DNA of 56,342 nt, counting the filler, from Catajapyx aquilonaris (taxonomy: Eukaryota), in the NCBI GenBank assembly GCA_000934665.2. It is 2 parts of 2 records of this genome, joined end to end, with 100 filler letters (N's around TTAATTAATTAA, not from the genome) between each part and the next. Parts side by side here need not be neighbours in the genome. Positions count along the whole stretch, not along the records: positions 1 to 28,117 come from JYFJ02004965.1; 1 more part is not named here. One strand, given 5' to 3'. The position numbers and the translations under genes are program-made. A model generated the notes under the pieces. That model ran no database searches. It saw only the letters and a list, made by a program, of their open reading frames with translations, and had not been told where the DNA came from. Positions 1 through 13,365 of this stretch are shown here, in pieces (within the stretch, counting starts at the first letter, position 1; the number at the start of each line of letters is the position of its first letter).

Positions 1-3000
1 CTTACGAAATGGGCCCCCCTCCGAAATTCTTCTACCTACGCCCCTGTACAGGACATCATAAAGGGCGAGTCTTAATATCCCCTGTCTTGATAGGCCCTTC
101 TACCCTTGCTGCACATGTTTCTATTTTCGAATATGAACCCTGTGGTACCATATAAAATCTATATATTTTTATCCGGGGGGGGGGAGGTTCCGGACCTTCA
201 ATGGCCCAGGAAAGGTAAATACTGGACCTTGTCAGAAACTAGTTGAATACTTCTGCTCTATCACTTCGATTTGCACTTCTTCCGCATCAGAAAATGTCGC
301 AAGCAGTACGACGCGATTAATGTCCAACGCTGTACAAACATCCGGACTGTAGTTAGGAGGGCACACGAAAAGTGTGTCATTATCTGCAACAAAATCATGA
401 GAGTTGGATCGCAAAATAATCAAGAATCTAACTGCAGCAGTGTAAAAAACTGATGTCAAATGTCCTAGCACCACTCACTATTAGTACCCTAGAATATTGG
501 CATCCTTGCCCTCAGCTGCAAAATTAATGAATGCATAAATTCTGATTTCAATATTGGAACACTTCAGGTGATTCAATTATCTTCGACACACTTCGCGTGA
601 AAGGACCGCAGCTCCATGAACTGCATGATTGGCTGATTGAACAGCCCTGTAGGCAAATGGCAAGGTTCCCTACCGAATTCCTATTGAATACCCCTCAGGA
701 GTCTAAATATGTAAGAAAGCCCTCAAGGCTTCTAAAAGTTATTTTAGAATCCATTTATTTCCCATTTTCTCCCCAGTCTGGCTTCAAGTTCTTTTTTTGT
801 GATGAACGTGGGGTTGTCGGGCTGGGAGAGAGAAAAAAAGCCCGTTCTGGGTGAAACTACTAACGTATGTATTCATTTTGGCTTTTCTATGCAAGATTAT
901 GGCCTTTTAGACCCGCCATAAATATGGATCGTTCCAGAACGGCGATGAAAGGGTTATAGACTACCAAAAGTCAAATTTGGAAATTGAGCCGACACTATTA
1001 CGCTTTTATGGTGTCCATAAAGGAAAACAGATGGACTGATAATTGTGGCGACGCATGGTTGGCATAAAAAATATATAGGACTATACCTTAAACAGCTCGC
1101 CATAATCGAGCTGGAATGGATTTCACCCATCTTCATCTAATGGTTCAGGCTAAATAATTCAGAATTCAATACTGGAACCACCTATGTAATATCTAACGTA
1201 AGTTCAAACTGGATTCTGCTCAACCTTAGCTATACGAATGCCATCAAATACACAACCATAGCTCCTCATGGCGCTCCTCGCACTTTGGACCCACTTTAAC
1301 CTAGAGGTTAATAATAATTTAGCTTGATATTAGCAAGCCCAAAAAAACTCGGCCCAGAACTTTTCCTCCACATTGTTCCTGGAATTGGTTCTAATTACCC
1401 AGTCTGCTTCAGTGCTGTGCCGGAGACAAAACCGACACGTCTCCTCGTGTCCGAAACTCCCGCACAACCGTTTCAGAACCTTGGGCCTGGAGATGAAGCT
1501 GAGTTACGCGCATAATAAACGCCACCGTGCGAGACCTAGTCTAGTACAGACTATCTCAGCAAGAAAAAAAAGAAAACGGGGTAGAGGAAAGGGGGAGTAC
1601 TAAATTAGCCCCGAGTGGCATGGAGCCTCCTAGTAGTGTATGCCATCCCCTTCCTCACCCATACATTCACAGCACTGCGGGCTTCCAAAGTCACTCAGAT
1701 AAACGACCTCTCTTACGCAGAACATCACGCCATTTTCCTTTGTCTTTGAAGTTTCTCTCCTCCCCTTCTTCTTCCGCGCGTTAAAGTAGTTCTCAAGGAC
1801 CTGGGTATGAGATGTGGGAAGGTACACTTTACTCAGGTGTCAGTTACAGACGGAGAGGACGCGTCTGTAGAACTATTTGTGAGCATATCTACTTGAACAA
1901 AGATGGCGCGTGTAGTAGTTTCAAGATGGCGTCGCTGGGCTGGAGGAAATTTCCTTCCTCTGGGTCAAATGGGATCTGTGAGACATTTGCAGCCAGGCCT
2001 TTTCGCTTATCGGTCTGCACCCAGATTTATGATCCATGCCCCGCGGTAAGGAAAAAATAGGTGAAAGGAATAAGGAGCAGAAGTGGATGGGGCTATGACG
2101 AAAACAGGCCCGGATTTACGGCGGCAAGGATGTCAAAAAACTGCGTGGGGGACGGAGGAGGAAAGAGAAGAGCTTCCATTACGGGGACTGCTCAACCCTG
2201 TCAATGGAAGAGCAAAATAGACCAGGGGGATGAATTAGGATACGCTCGGTAAGCAGGCCTACCAGTATGCTGATGAGTAAGGAGGGATGCTGCGATCATG
2301 GTCCGTAGTTCGATCCCCAGCAGAGGATTTCCATGTGGGAAGACTTTGGGATGGGTTCGCTGCTGTGAGGAAGCTTCCTTCCACATGAAAAATCCATCAA
2401 CAATGGGGATGAAAAGGAAATGGATTTTCAAAATCCCTCCAGGGTTCTCATAATCCTATCATATACCGCCGTTCTCTTAGGCAAGTGAGAAACACTTCAA
2501 TTGCAAAATATTTTCGTCGAATGCTTGCCAGAAATGCGGATTATGAACCTAAGCCCATTACTCGCTCCTTTCAGTTATTCACGACACAGGTTGAATATTT
2601 GTGGAAGCAAAGAGCCTTGTGGACCCTACAGCTTAATTCTGTGCAAGATCTGGTGACGCCAAACTTCAATTAGTCAGGTTCCAGAATTGTTTGTGATCAG
2701 CGTGACGCCCAAGACACTCGACGACGCGATGTGTCCGGAAAAGTCTTGTTTTCCAGAGTCTGAAAAGGACAGCTTCATTACCAGAGGGACGAGAGGCTAT
2801 AAATCTATTATACGGAAAACCTTTCCTTTTGCTAAGTAGCAGCGCATCAAGGGGTCTTGCCTATTGCCTTAATACAGATAGGACCCCTGTGATATAGACC
2901 AACAGTGGAGGAAAAAATAAAACAAAATTGTACTGGTATGTGGCTTTGTGGCTGTAAGTTTTCGATCGGATGATACTCATCTCATGTCAATATTGGAGTG

Positions 3001-6000
3001 CATTATTAGCTGCCTGGATGTTGCGATTTTATTCCCAAATAGGTATGGCACAAGTTCGAACAATTGCGCTGCTTAATGAGGTAACCAATACGTGGCAAGC
3101 ATTTTTAAGCTCCCATATCAATTTATGGATCATTAGAACCTATGGCTATAGTTTATGCGCCACACTCTGATCTGTGCTGCACATAACGGTCGGTACACTG
3201 TCGGGTCGTCATATTTCTCGCACAACCAAAAATATTGCCGCTTGAAAAGTGTAAAATGGCCTTCGCGATTGACGGGCTTTGGAGATAACGTGAGACATTT
3301 TGTCATCAGGAGTGATGCACTCGGTCGGAAATCCCCAGTTATGGCCGCCATTCGATTTTATACGGACGCTAGCCCGTAGTCGAGTCAAACCTACTTTCAT
3401 GGGCGTAGCCAAGCTTCTCACATGTACGTCTGCACCAAAACGAGATTGTGAATTTTTACATATCCTCCCCACCATCACAAAAGTCCAGAATATCTTCAGA
3501 AATAATCAAAAGTAGCTCCCCACCACGCATGTGCTCGTCAACCTGAGAGGCAGAAACTCCCTTCCGTCAACCATCATCTTGGCTAGGCTGCATATCCAGT
3601 TATCTCTCAGCCGTACATACACAAAGAGGCAAAGTTCGCGCGACTGCAAGCCATCCATTGGAGGAATTTTGGACCCTGCGAAATGCCGCACCTCTCTTCA
3701 GGCGGCGGCACACACTCCGGAGAGCCTTGATAATGAGGCTGATCAGTGTTCCGCTTGCTTTACGAGGCCGCTGCAAGCCCCAAACAGCCGGCACTGGCCA
3801 ATCCGTGCCTGACTCTCCCCCTGACTCATTGCGCCAATGCGTCCATAAACAGCCAGGGCTACCAGGATCCCCGTCGCTTTTACACCAACCCACCACCCCA
3901 CCCCTGGCCCTTACAACCATCCCACATATATACACCCCCCCCCCCACGCCCTTCTCTCTTGCCACTCTAGGGACCTGCCCCTCTTTTTGGATAACAGACA
4001 TGTAAAGAGCTTATTATTTCTTATTAAGCCAGTTTTACTAGCGCCATACAGCAAGGGAAGGTAGGGACTGGTGCGGCCATTAGCTCCAAACAAGCTCGTT
4101 ATACTCAGCTTGGGCGTCCGCTGGATAATCAAGAGCTTCTGGATATTGCAATGGATCTCACCACCATTTTTTAACACACCCTCCACCACGCCCTCAAACT
4201 GTTCTCGAGGCAATAGATATTCTTCCGGGCTGAGACCCCCCTTTTAAGCACGATTTCACTCCCGCCCCAAAGCAGACTCAGGGGCGGGCCTTTTCCAGAA
4301 GGACGTTATCATTGTTATATGCTGCGTATAAGAGTCTAGTAGAAACTTGGACTGAAGGGCATGTACCCGTGCTTCACTTTCACTATAACCTGGGGCTGAA
4401 GCACTTCTGCTCGAAACTTTCTTGGCAAGTAACGTTGGAGGAAAGTGCGGTGCATGCAAGTAGCCTATTTTATAGGACAGCGGTATGACCGGGTATTACA
4501 CGGTGTATATCATGGTGGATATTACGTGACATGTACATGGAGTGGTGGGCGTTTTGAATGGCTTGTGTTCCTTTGATGGGAGTGAACAGGAGTTACTTTG
4601 GATGGTCGGTTAGGCAGAACCTGCAGCATCGATACCCGTATAGTAGAGGACCAGGTTTCTGACAGTTGCTCACTCTAACGAATAGCCTAACTCTATACAG
4701 TCTATATAGTATATAGAGTAACCATATTAGCTACACCCGAACCGTCAGTCCCCCGCATGTGTCAGAACAGCGCACCCATATTCTACAGTTGCGCATACCA
4801 GTTTGTATGGCTCCTTTTAAGGGCCAAATGCTTTGATCACGAACCATGGGCCAAAGGTCCGCAGCGGGTAATACCCGGCATATTATGTAAATGACACCAT
4901 GTGCAAAAATCTCCGTGACCGAAATTACCCTCCATTGTGCCGAACACTTAGTCCTGTCGGAACTTTGCTCCATGTGGGGTGAGACATAATCTCCCGTCCC
5001 CATTCTTCTGCAGCCACACTTGCACGATTCATTAGAACAACATAAAAGGAGTCCACAGAAGCCATTAATGCGTAGAGATTGCGGGGCCCTGCAACCGCTC
5101 TGCCCAACCCAATTACATCCAGTGGACATCATCTCTGGTCTGCCATCCATAATTCAGGAGGCGATGAGTAGGAAGCGAGTGGACAGGATGTCCGGGACGA
5201 ATGCCCCCACCCCGATGCAACCGGTCAGAAGATAAGAAAGGACTAGCTGAAGATGAGGTAAAGGAGCCATCCCCCCACCCCTCTCTCCTTATGGCCGATC
5301 AATTATACGGCCGCTGCAGATGACAGGCGCAAGAGACGGCCCGGAGTGCCTCCATGACCCGGATCCATCCGTCATATAGCTAAACTTTCCAGGCCTCACA
5401 CACAGCGACTCAGAATTATAGCCTCCTCCTCCCTATATTAAGGGGAGGTCGCGGAAAAGTCATTATGGGTAAGTGCTAAATATCATGTCGATGGCACAGG
5501 TGCATTCTGGAATCGATAGGCTGGATGCTAGGAGCAGTCATCGGGGGTAATGAATTGCCTTCTCAGGACCTTGGCTGGGTTCAAGGTAGCTGAGGATATA
5601 TGGGGGAGTAATGGTCTCAAGTGGAGGTGTTGGAAGAAGAGGACAACTTGCCAATTTATTGGCGTGTAAGGCTCTTTTGTGGTTTGGGTCAAGTGTAGGG
5701 TTCATATAGGGTGAAATGAATGGTATGCGAGTAATTTCAAAAATACATTGTTAGAAAATCTAGAAGGTTTCAACCATGGCTGCTATAGTAGCGGCCTTGT
5801 GTAAACGGGCCTTTGGGCTACCTGTGTGCGTTGGTGGTGAGGGTGAGGGCGAAGGCGGAAGAGATAATATTCGTAAAATGGGTTGGGCGTAACAAGAAGT
5901 CCTGTTTTATAAAGACTTTACCCTACCTAACCTCCCTCGACGTGCTATAAACTAATCTTATCACGAAAATTTGACAATAGACTCAATGTATATAGCCGAC

Positions 6001-6851
6001 CATCCCTGCCTCTATGCCCTATCATCCAACTAGACCGCGAGGGATTCCACGCGCACTGACTGAAAACTAGGGGGACCAATCCTGGGGGAGGGGATATGAT
6101 CAAAAAGAGTCAAGTATATTGTTTCCATATGAGTCATACATATGCAACATTATTTATTTCTCCAGATACCCAAATCATACTAAAGCTGCTGCCTATAACC
6201 TTCGACAAAAATATTCGACAATATGAGCTTTTTTGGGGGAGGGGGCGATGACTCGTCAAGAACTAATAAAGACTTGTGACCTTGGATTGTAAATGTGGTA
6301 TGCATTGATGTTTGACCCGGTTTATTACAGTCATACAACCATCGCGTAAAAATTCAACAATGTAATAAAATTACTTAACACTCACCGGGCAAAAGCTTTC
6401 TGGTAAGGCTCGATCTTCTCCCGTCTGTTGTGATCACGGTTGAGAGTCTACTCATCGACTGATAAAAAGGTCGGGATCAAGACAGTCAAATAGCGCAGGG
6501 CACAACGAGAGAGGAAGACCTACAGTATAGTAAAAAAGGTTGTAAGTGACAAAAATGCGAAAATGGAGATATCCAGTAAAAACAGAAGTAAATGCCAAGG
6601 GCAATATTGTAAAATAGGCATCAAGTGCCAGAAGCAACCCGTAGTACGTAGTTTTTCTTGCAGTCAATAGAATGTTATTTCATGTCACCCCATAATGATG
6701 CCAGGAGAAAAACATTATTTTCTCCATTCTCCCAAAATGGCACTTGCAACCTTTTTTACTATAGGTCTTCGAGGATCCATACCGCAAATTAAATAGGGCC
6801 AAATTTTCATAATATACTATACACATATCTACAGCCATGTTGAGTGGCACA

Positions 6852-7236
6852 CAGGGTGTATACGAATAATTCTATGCCAAAAGGATACGGGTGGTAGGGG
6901 AAGCACATGGATGAAGCATGGCATGGCATGGGTCAGAAAGGCCGTCGACGACGTCTATCATGACAATAAATTATGGGTACTCCTGCACATGCGTCCATTG
7001 CTGGTTGCCGGGGTCAGGACGGTTGAGAAATGGTCTAGGAATGCGAGCGCCTGACCCCGGCAACCAGCGTTGCAGGCATGTACGGGGGTATCCACACTTG
7101 TCAGGATACGCATCGTCGATGTAAAGGGTCGACATCTCCAAAACGGATCATCGCCGGCCTTTCAGACCCATGCCATTCCTCTTCCATACCTTACCGTATC
7201 CGTATCAAACTGGCAGATTTATTCGTATACACCCTG
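6852..7236. mobile_element. Foldback MITE with Tc1/mariner-type CAGGGTG termini
   Basis: Starts CAGGGTGTATACGAATAA and ends TTATTCGTATACACCCTG. Internal arms are also complementary (GCTGGTTGCCGGGGTCAGG / CCTGACCCCGGCAACCAGC). Flanking TA not preserved. Confidence 0.75.
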
Positions 7237-10200
7237 ATATACTGATTCCTAAACAGCATGGGCCTGCTACTAAATTACATAAACAGTGTTACAACTATAA
7301 AAAATCAATGTATCATACCATAGTACACGGGTGTTGCAATATATTGGATGTCGGTATTGGTGGCAATTATTTTTAGCATGAACTGCTTATTTTTGAGATA
7401 GGCTGCGCTACTTTGGATGATAAGTTCTCCGGTAATATTAGATCGAATTAAGTGAACTATCCAAGCTCCGAATTGCAATTTTCCGATTGGATATTAATCA
7501 ATGCAGCTTAATGTTAGCAGCTAATACTTTCAATATCAATTAAAATGGTGGTGTAAAGGTTATCGCCTTATTCCACTCCTACAGTGTAATTTGAAGGACT
7601 TTTAAAGTCCTACCTGCCCATGAGGTTATCCCAGCGAGTGAAACTGAATAATATTCATGAACTGAATGTATTTTATAGAACTGTAATGAGCCGATTAGTG
7701 CCATAAGTTGGCCAAATGCTATATCGCAGTTTCATGCATATGTTCTATGATAAATCATGCAGCCTCTGCAGGTTAAATTATTTACATGGCTACTTACTGC
7801 ATGTCTTCGTACAGAGGACTGCTGCAGTCTGGTGCTAATCCATTATGATTATACATGGTTTGTTCAAACTGTACTCGGTTTCAACGGACTAGTTTCTCGA
7901 TACTCTGTCTCCGAATAGCAGATCAAATGAGCCATAGCTGCTAGCTTTTGATTGGATGGAATCCCGAGTAGTACAACATGACAAACTATTCTGCCGGAGC
8001 AACTACTACCTTCCGGATAGATTTAGAATTGAAAGGCAGTGTAGGTTGTCGTTGCAGAGTTAGTGAAGGCTGGTCTGCTGGCAGGCATTCCGTTCATTGG
8101 TTGAGCATGGTGGTGGAGTAGGGCCTGGATTCCCCGGGCAGCACTTTCGCCGGAGTTCCCGCATCTTTCGGGCCGGCAGCAAAGGAAACAAACCGAGCGG
8201 AGCTGGCACGAGCCGTTATTAATTGGGGCGATTCTTCTTCCCAAATGAAGACGGACAGATTTCCCACGGGCTGTTTGTCAAAGGGGCCGACGGGAAAGGC
8301 GCTCCAGAGGATTTTGCTCTTTACGCTAACGCCGCTTGCAGGATTTTCTGCCAGATAAGGTTAGGGTAGGTCAGAAAAGAAAGATGCTGCTGCCTTGGGT
8401 GCAAGTCAACCGCACGCTGTCCACATAACCGAATGAGCCAGCTGCCATTTTGAAACGCCCGGAAGTTGCTGTAAAAGAGCAGTCGTCATGGCGGTGTGTC
8501 CAACCGTGCTAATGGCATTTGACCCAATCGCATAATATCATGATTTTTTTTCCTGCCGGATCCCTGTATACGACGAGCAGTTAGGTTATATTCCCATCTT
8601 TCACGAGAGTCGAATTAGCAAAACTCGTTACAGGCAATTGTTCGACAAACATAAAAAAGGAATGAGCAACAAAGGGATGGATTAACTTTGAACGTATGTA
8701 CGCCTTATGGACAATAAAATCTTGGCCGCTTTCTGCATCCGCGCGGTTCCAAAATTCCCAAATCATCAAACTGTAAACCTAAAGCTGTAAATGGAGTGAG
8801 TACTTTGTCATCTCGTTTATGGAGGATCGTGTTTAGTGGGGCCTCAAACTCTATTCGAAATGAGGGATCAAATAAATGTTCCGTAAGGAATAACGTGGAT
8901 CAATTAAATGCTCGACTGCGAATCGGACTTAATGCAAACATCCGCAGGCCTCATTTGGAGGAAACAAAAGCAAGATCGCATTCTGGCCAAAAATATATAT
9001 TTCATCCTACAAAATAGGTGCGCCATCACACTGACCCCTGGCCCAGATTGTCAGATCCACACCGGTTAAATCATAGCTTATTTTGAAGTCCCTTTCCTGC
9101 GGTCCAAGTGTTTTCTACCTCTGTGGTGATGCCTGGGAGCACATGTCCCCCCCACCCTCTGAAATTACGTTTGACAACCACGTATAATTAGTAATTAGGG
9201 CACTTGCGTCGGATTAGTCCGCATCTGCATCCCGAATGTATAATTGCGTCACATTGAACCGACTCAATAGTCAATAACGAACTGCTACGTATAGCCTGCA
9301 TCGGAAGCAAAACCCTCCCCCTGAAATCAACACCGCCTGCATCTCATTGCCTCCAGAGCTGCCAGAGAGATTAATATTCCAAAGTGAGGAGTTTCGCTAG
9401 AAGATCCACAACAGATAGACGCACTCTAGATTCTCTCTCCCCCTCCCTTTACTAATGGACCTGAACCCAATCGGCAAATTGTAACTAATATCTAACTCTC
9501 CCAAAACATTCACCTTATAGCCTTAATGGACGCTGACGACGTGAAAAGATGCGGTTCTAATGGAGGACCGAGGGAGCCTAGAGGGGGCAAGATGCCTCAA
9601 GTTGGCATCGCGTTTCTAACATGGATTGACGTCTGGTTTATTCATGTTGAGTACTTGCAGCGGATCACGTTGGCTTTTCTGGGCTAGTGGGAAGGCAAAT
9701 CGCGAAAGTTTAGGTAAGAGAGGGGGGAGATGGTGGTGGTGGAGGCTGGAGGATGAAATGGACCGAGGGCATACTTGAGAACGTCTCTAGCTTTTGAACG
9801 CTGTTTACAAGGCTTGCAAAATTGTGAAACTTTCTGGCGGGGACGTGGCCTCCTCCTCCTCCTCCTCCTCCTCTACCTCCCCTATACACTTTACTCCCTC
9901 GGCTTCCCAACTTATGCGGGCGGGCTTTACAGGCTGAGAATGGAGAAATCGGTGTCTTTAAGGAATGGCAGCCGGCAATTTGCAGCCGGAATTATAGGCT
10001 CCAGTTTGGGGAGAAGGGGTGGAAGTGTCACCTCAGCACAATGGAAACTTAAACTGTGGGCGCTTTCCAAGCCAGGACTGTCAAGTCACATTTCACACCT
10101 CGGCCAGATGGGTTTCCCCCAAAGCGGCAAGGATCTTCCGCAAATTCTCCGCCCACTTTTCCGGAGAGGGTTGCAGCAGGCAGACTTTACGGGTTTCAGG

Positions 10201-11308
10201 CGTCAAAGGCATTCTTCGGCATTTTTGTTCCCTGCCAGACACTGTGTACATTTCGGTTCCAAAAGGGCTCGTTTCGACTCTATTTCCCTCCGACTTGACT
10301 GCAAAGGAAAGAAAGACGAAATAGCCCCTATCTCTCCCCTTTAAAAAAAAAGAATGGGAGGGGAAATCATTCCCCAGACCAGTTGCCAATTCGCCGGAGT
10401 AGAAAGGTCAACGCCGATCAGGACACGGAGGAAATGACCAATTCTGACCCTCGCGGAAAAAGGTAAATAACGTCACAAAAGAAAACACAAGAGTCGGACT
10501 CCAGGCCTGTGCAATTCGGACTTTATTAGACCAAGTTGTGTGTTTAGCGGAATATATAGAGGGTCCCCTAAACCGGAGGCCGTCAAGTCCCCTCCTGTAT
10601 AGGCGACAACAAATTACATGGCAGGCTTCGATTGAGGTGTGCTACCTCATTAACTGTACGATCATTTTTGCTTCGATTGGTTTAAGCGCATCCAATGTGA
10701 GCAATTGCTTGATAGCGGGAAAACGTGCCATTAGTAATCCACTTAATGTTCGGGATAATAATTGACAGCGAATCATTGCACATGATGCTAAATCTACTTA
10801 TCAACTCCAAACGCGTGTCATTTCCCAAATGAGTCTCTCCCCTGAGATGGTTCTGCCCTCCAATTACGCATTTAGATACTTGCCTATTCAATCTTACTTA
10901 ATAGGCCAGACTCGAGTCATCATTACGACTATTTGCACTAGGCTCACCTTGTAAATACCACCTTGCACTGTTCAAAGCCTGTCAAGCGTGGTATGACTTA
11001 TTATCATCTATAAAACCGACAAATCTTGTTCTCATGGAGAACATCACTCTTGTAAATGCTGTAATTGCGCCATATACCGGAAACCGAATCATTTATAATT
11101 AGTAATAAATATCGATCAAGCTAGTAACTTGTTTCATTTAACTTCTTGATTTACTTTGCCACATCTTACACAGTGACACTTAACTTAATATTGTCCCCAC
11201 GAAGTATTTTTTAAAAGACTTGTGTCCTATTGCTCAGATGCTCCACGTTCTCTATAATGACCACGGTCCAGTCGGATTACTATGCGTAGTGAACACCTAA
11301 TTTTCTCG

Positions 11309-11855
11309 CAGTAAAACTTCTATAAGTCGAATCTTCATGGGACCGGAAAAAACTTCGAGTTATAGAAGATTCGAGTTAGAGAAGTTTGCCTTTTTTAAAG
11401 CACAGAACTCTCTAAGGAAGCCTATACCTTTATATCCAGCGACAAAAGGTGTTCAAAACTTACAAATAACTGTCACTATCACACTTACAATGTTCCTCGT
11501 TGTTTTGGTGTAAAAAAAACTCCGTTATGGACATTTGCCTACTCCTAATGTTTAGATTCAAGGATTCAATTGTCACAATCGAGTCAAACACTTCTTTCGG
11601 TACGTCTGGTAGACGGAGATCAGGAAATTGAGCCTTTCCGTACATGTGGTCTACTCTCGACCCTTCGGCTGGGAAATGAGAAAATTTTCCGTACTAGCCA
11701 ACATGAACTTCGACTTATGGAGACTGATAATGCATTGATATACCATCATAAGGCCCTGCCAGCACTTCGAGTTATTCCTATTCTTTTACATTGTGACCAA
11801 CCAAGCTCGTAATTTTCTTCGACTTAGGGAAGTTCGATTTATAGAAGTTTTACTG
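11309..11855 (-). mobile_element. Internally deleted pogo/Tigger-like DNA transposon
   Basis: TIRs CAGTAAAACTTCTATAAGTCGAA / TTCGATTTATAGAAGTTTTACTG, followed by TA on the right. A minus-strand remnant ends ...RSRQMSITEFF, the PIP-box-like C-terminus typical of pogo transposases. Confidence 0.8.
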
Positions 11856-13090
11856 TATTAGGATATATAATGTGTCATGTGAAATGGCATACAGTTTTGT
11901 ATCATTTGACACAACGTCTTGACGCGATTTCCTGGCATTTTTGTGTCATATGACACCTAATTGTGTGTCGAAAGTGTGCAACCGTTTTGTGTGATAAGCA
12001 GGTAATAGAGAAGTGTTTACGAGTATCTACCTTCTACGGGTAGTATGAGGTTTTTGTTGTGATGTGTGGGAAGTTCTGAGCCTCTCTGAAGGCGTTTGTT
12101 GGAGACTGTGAAGTCATTGTTTGCAAAGAGTAAAGCTTGTGTTGAAACCAGCGGAGTCTGTGTGACTGGTTTAGCGGTAGTGTTTGGGTTAATCAAGGTT
12201 GTTACTGTATGTCTCTTGGTAGTTTACGTTTTAGCCCGTGCATGTATATAAGAGAAGCCTTGAGAAAAGCTAGGATTGATGGTGCGGGTGTCATACAGTT
12301 GGTAATAAGGTGGTTGTTATTGATATTTTGCTTTGTGCATGACATTTATACTGACCTTCCGGCAATATGTGAGGCTGATGGATTGTTTATATTGCCCAGG
12401 CTAGATAAAGTGTGTGATAATAAGAGGGGTATAAGAATTGATGTAGATAAGACTAGTGTTGTCGTGTTCGAGAGAAAAGAGCAGGTTTCTCTATTAATTT
12501 TGTACATCGCAATCTTGAAACAAGGAGTTATCTACTGCCTGCGACTCTGCGAGTCATCCGTGTATTCCCACGTTATTTCCCCCCAATCACGTACTGTACA
12601 GTACAGTAGTGGAAGATGAGTTTGGTCAGATAGGTATAGCTTACTGTAAAAGCAGGGTGTTGACTATGGCTCTCAGGGCTACATGTAGTGTGACTAAGGA
12701 GATGAGATTAAGAATAAGGAGACTTTGCAGAAGTGTGCTGGTATTAGGTGTGCAGCTCGAGTATAGAGTGGTTTGGTCATGTGTAGAGGATAAAGAGAGA
12801 AGGTATTGTGAAGAAGGTGCACTCTGCTGCAGTAATTGGTAAGATAAATAAGCCACAAAGACATGGCTAGACCAGGTGCTTGGATATCTTCAGTGCAGGT
12901 GTGTCTAGTCTAAAACCTCGAAGTGCACTGTCAACAGGACCTAAACATAGCTAAGCGTGTAAAGTTGTTTGCTTAGACAGGTGTAAGTGACAATTAGTGC
13001 AAAAAATAGCTAACAACTAGTGTACCAACATTTCAATTGGACGCCATATGTATTTATTACTTTTATTGCATTGAATGTGTGCCACTTTTT

Positions 13091-13365
13091 TGTAATACCT
13101 CGTGATAGGGCATTGGGCCCTCTTCGGGGTGGGGGGAGGGGAGGTTCCCATAGGATGGCGCTCTTAATTTGTTTCTAGTCAGTTCTGACCCTCATACCAA
13201 ACCTTTTCTCTTGGCCTTGGGGAGAGAAGGGAGTGCAATTCTGCCCGGGTGTCGGGTGAACACGGAAAAATACCCGACCAAGCGAAGGTGACTGGGACGG
13301 GATTTGAACCCCGGACCTCCTTCTTGGCTGGCCAGTAGCATAGCCACTAGACCACCATGCCCCCC
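13091..13365 (-). mobile_element. tRNA-derived SINE
   Basis: Minus strand has A-box TGGTCTAGTGG and B-box GGTTCAAATCC. 18-bp TSD GAATGTGTG(C/T)CACTTTTT at 13073-13090 and 13366-13383. Confidence 0.85.

Noticed and set aside
1895..1935. Two AAGATGGCG (YY1-like) motifs; similar GCCATTTT/CCGGAAGT motifs near 8445-8467
   Set aside because: Short motifs with no associated transcript or gene evidence.
232..10900. Many 60-190-aa ORFs in the left half (e.g. 9775-10344, 3600-4005, 4731-5150)
   Set aside because: No recognisable domains. They overlap in several frames and are partly driven by simple repeats, as expected for chance ORFs.
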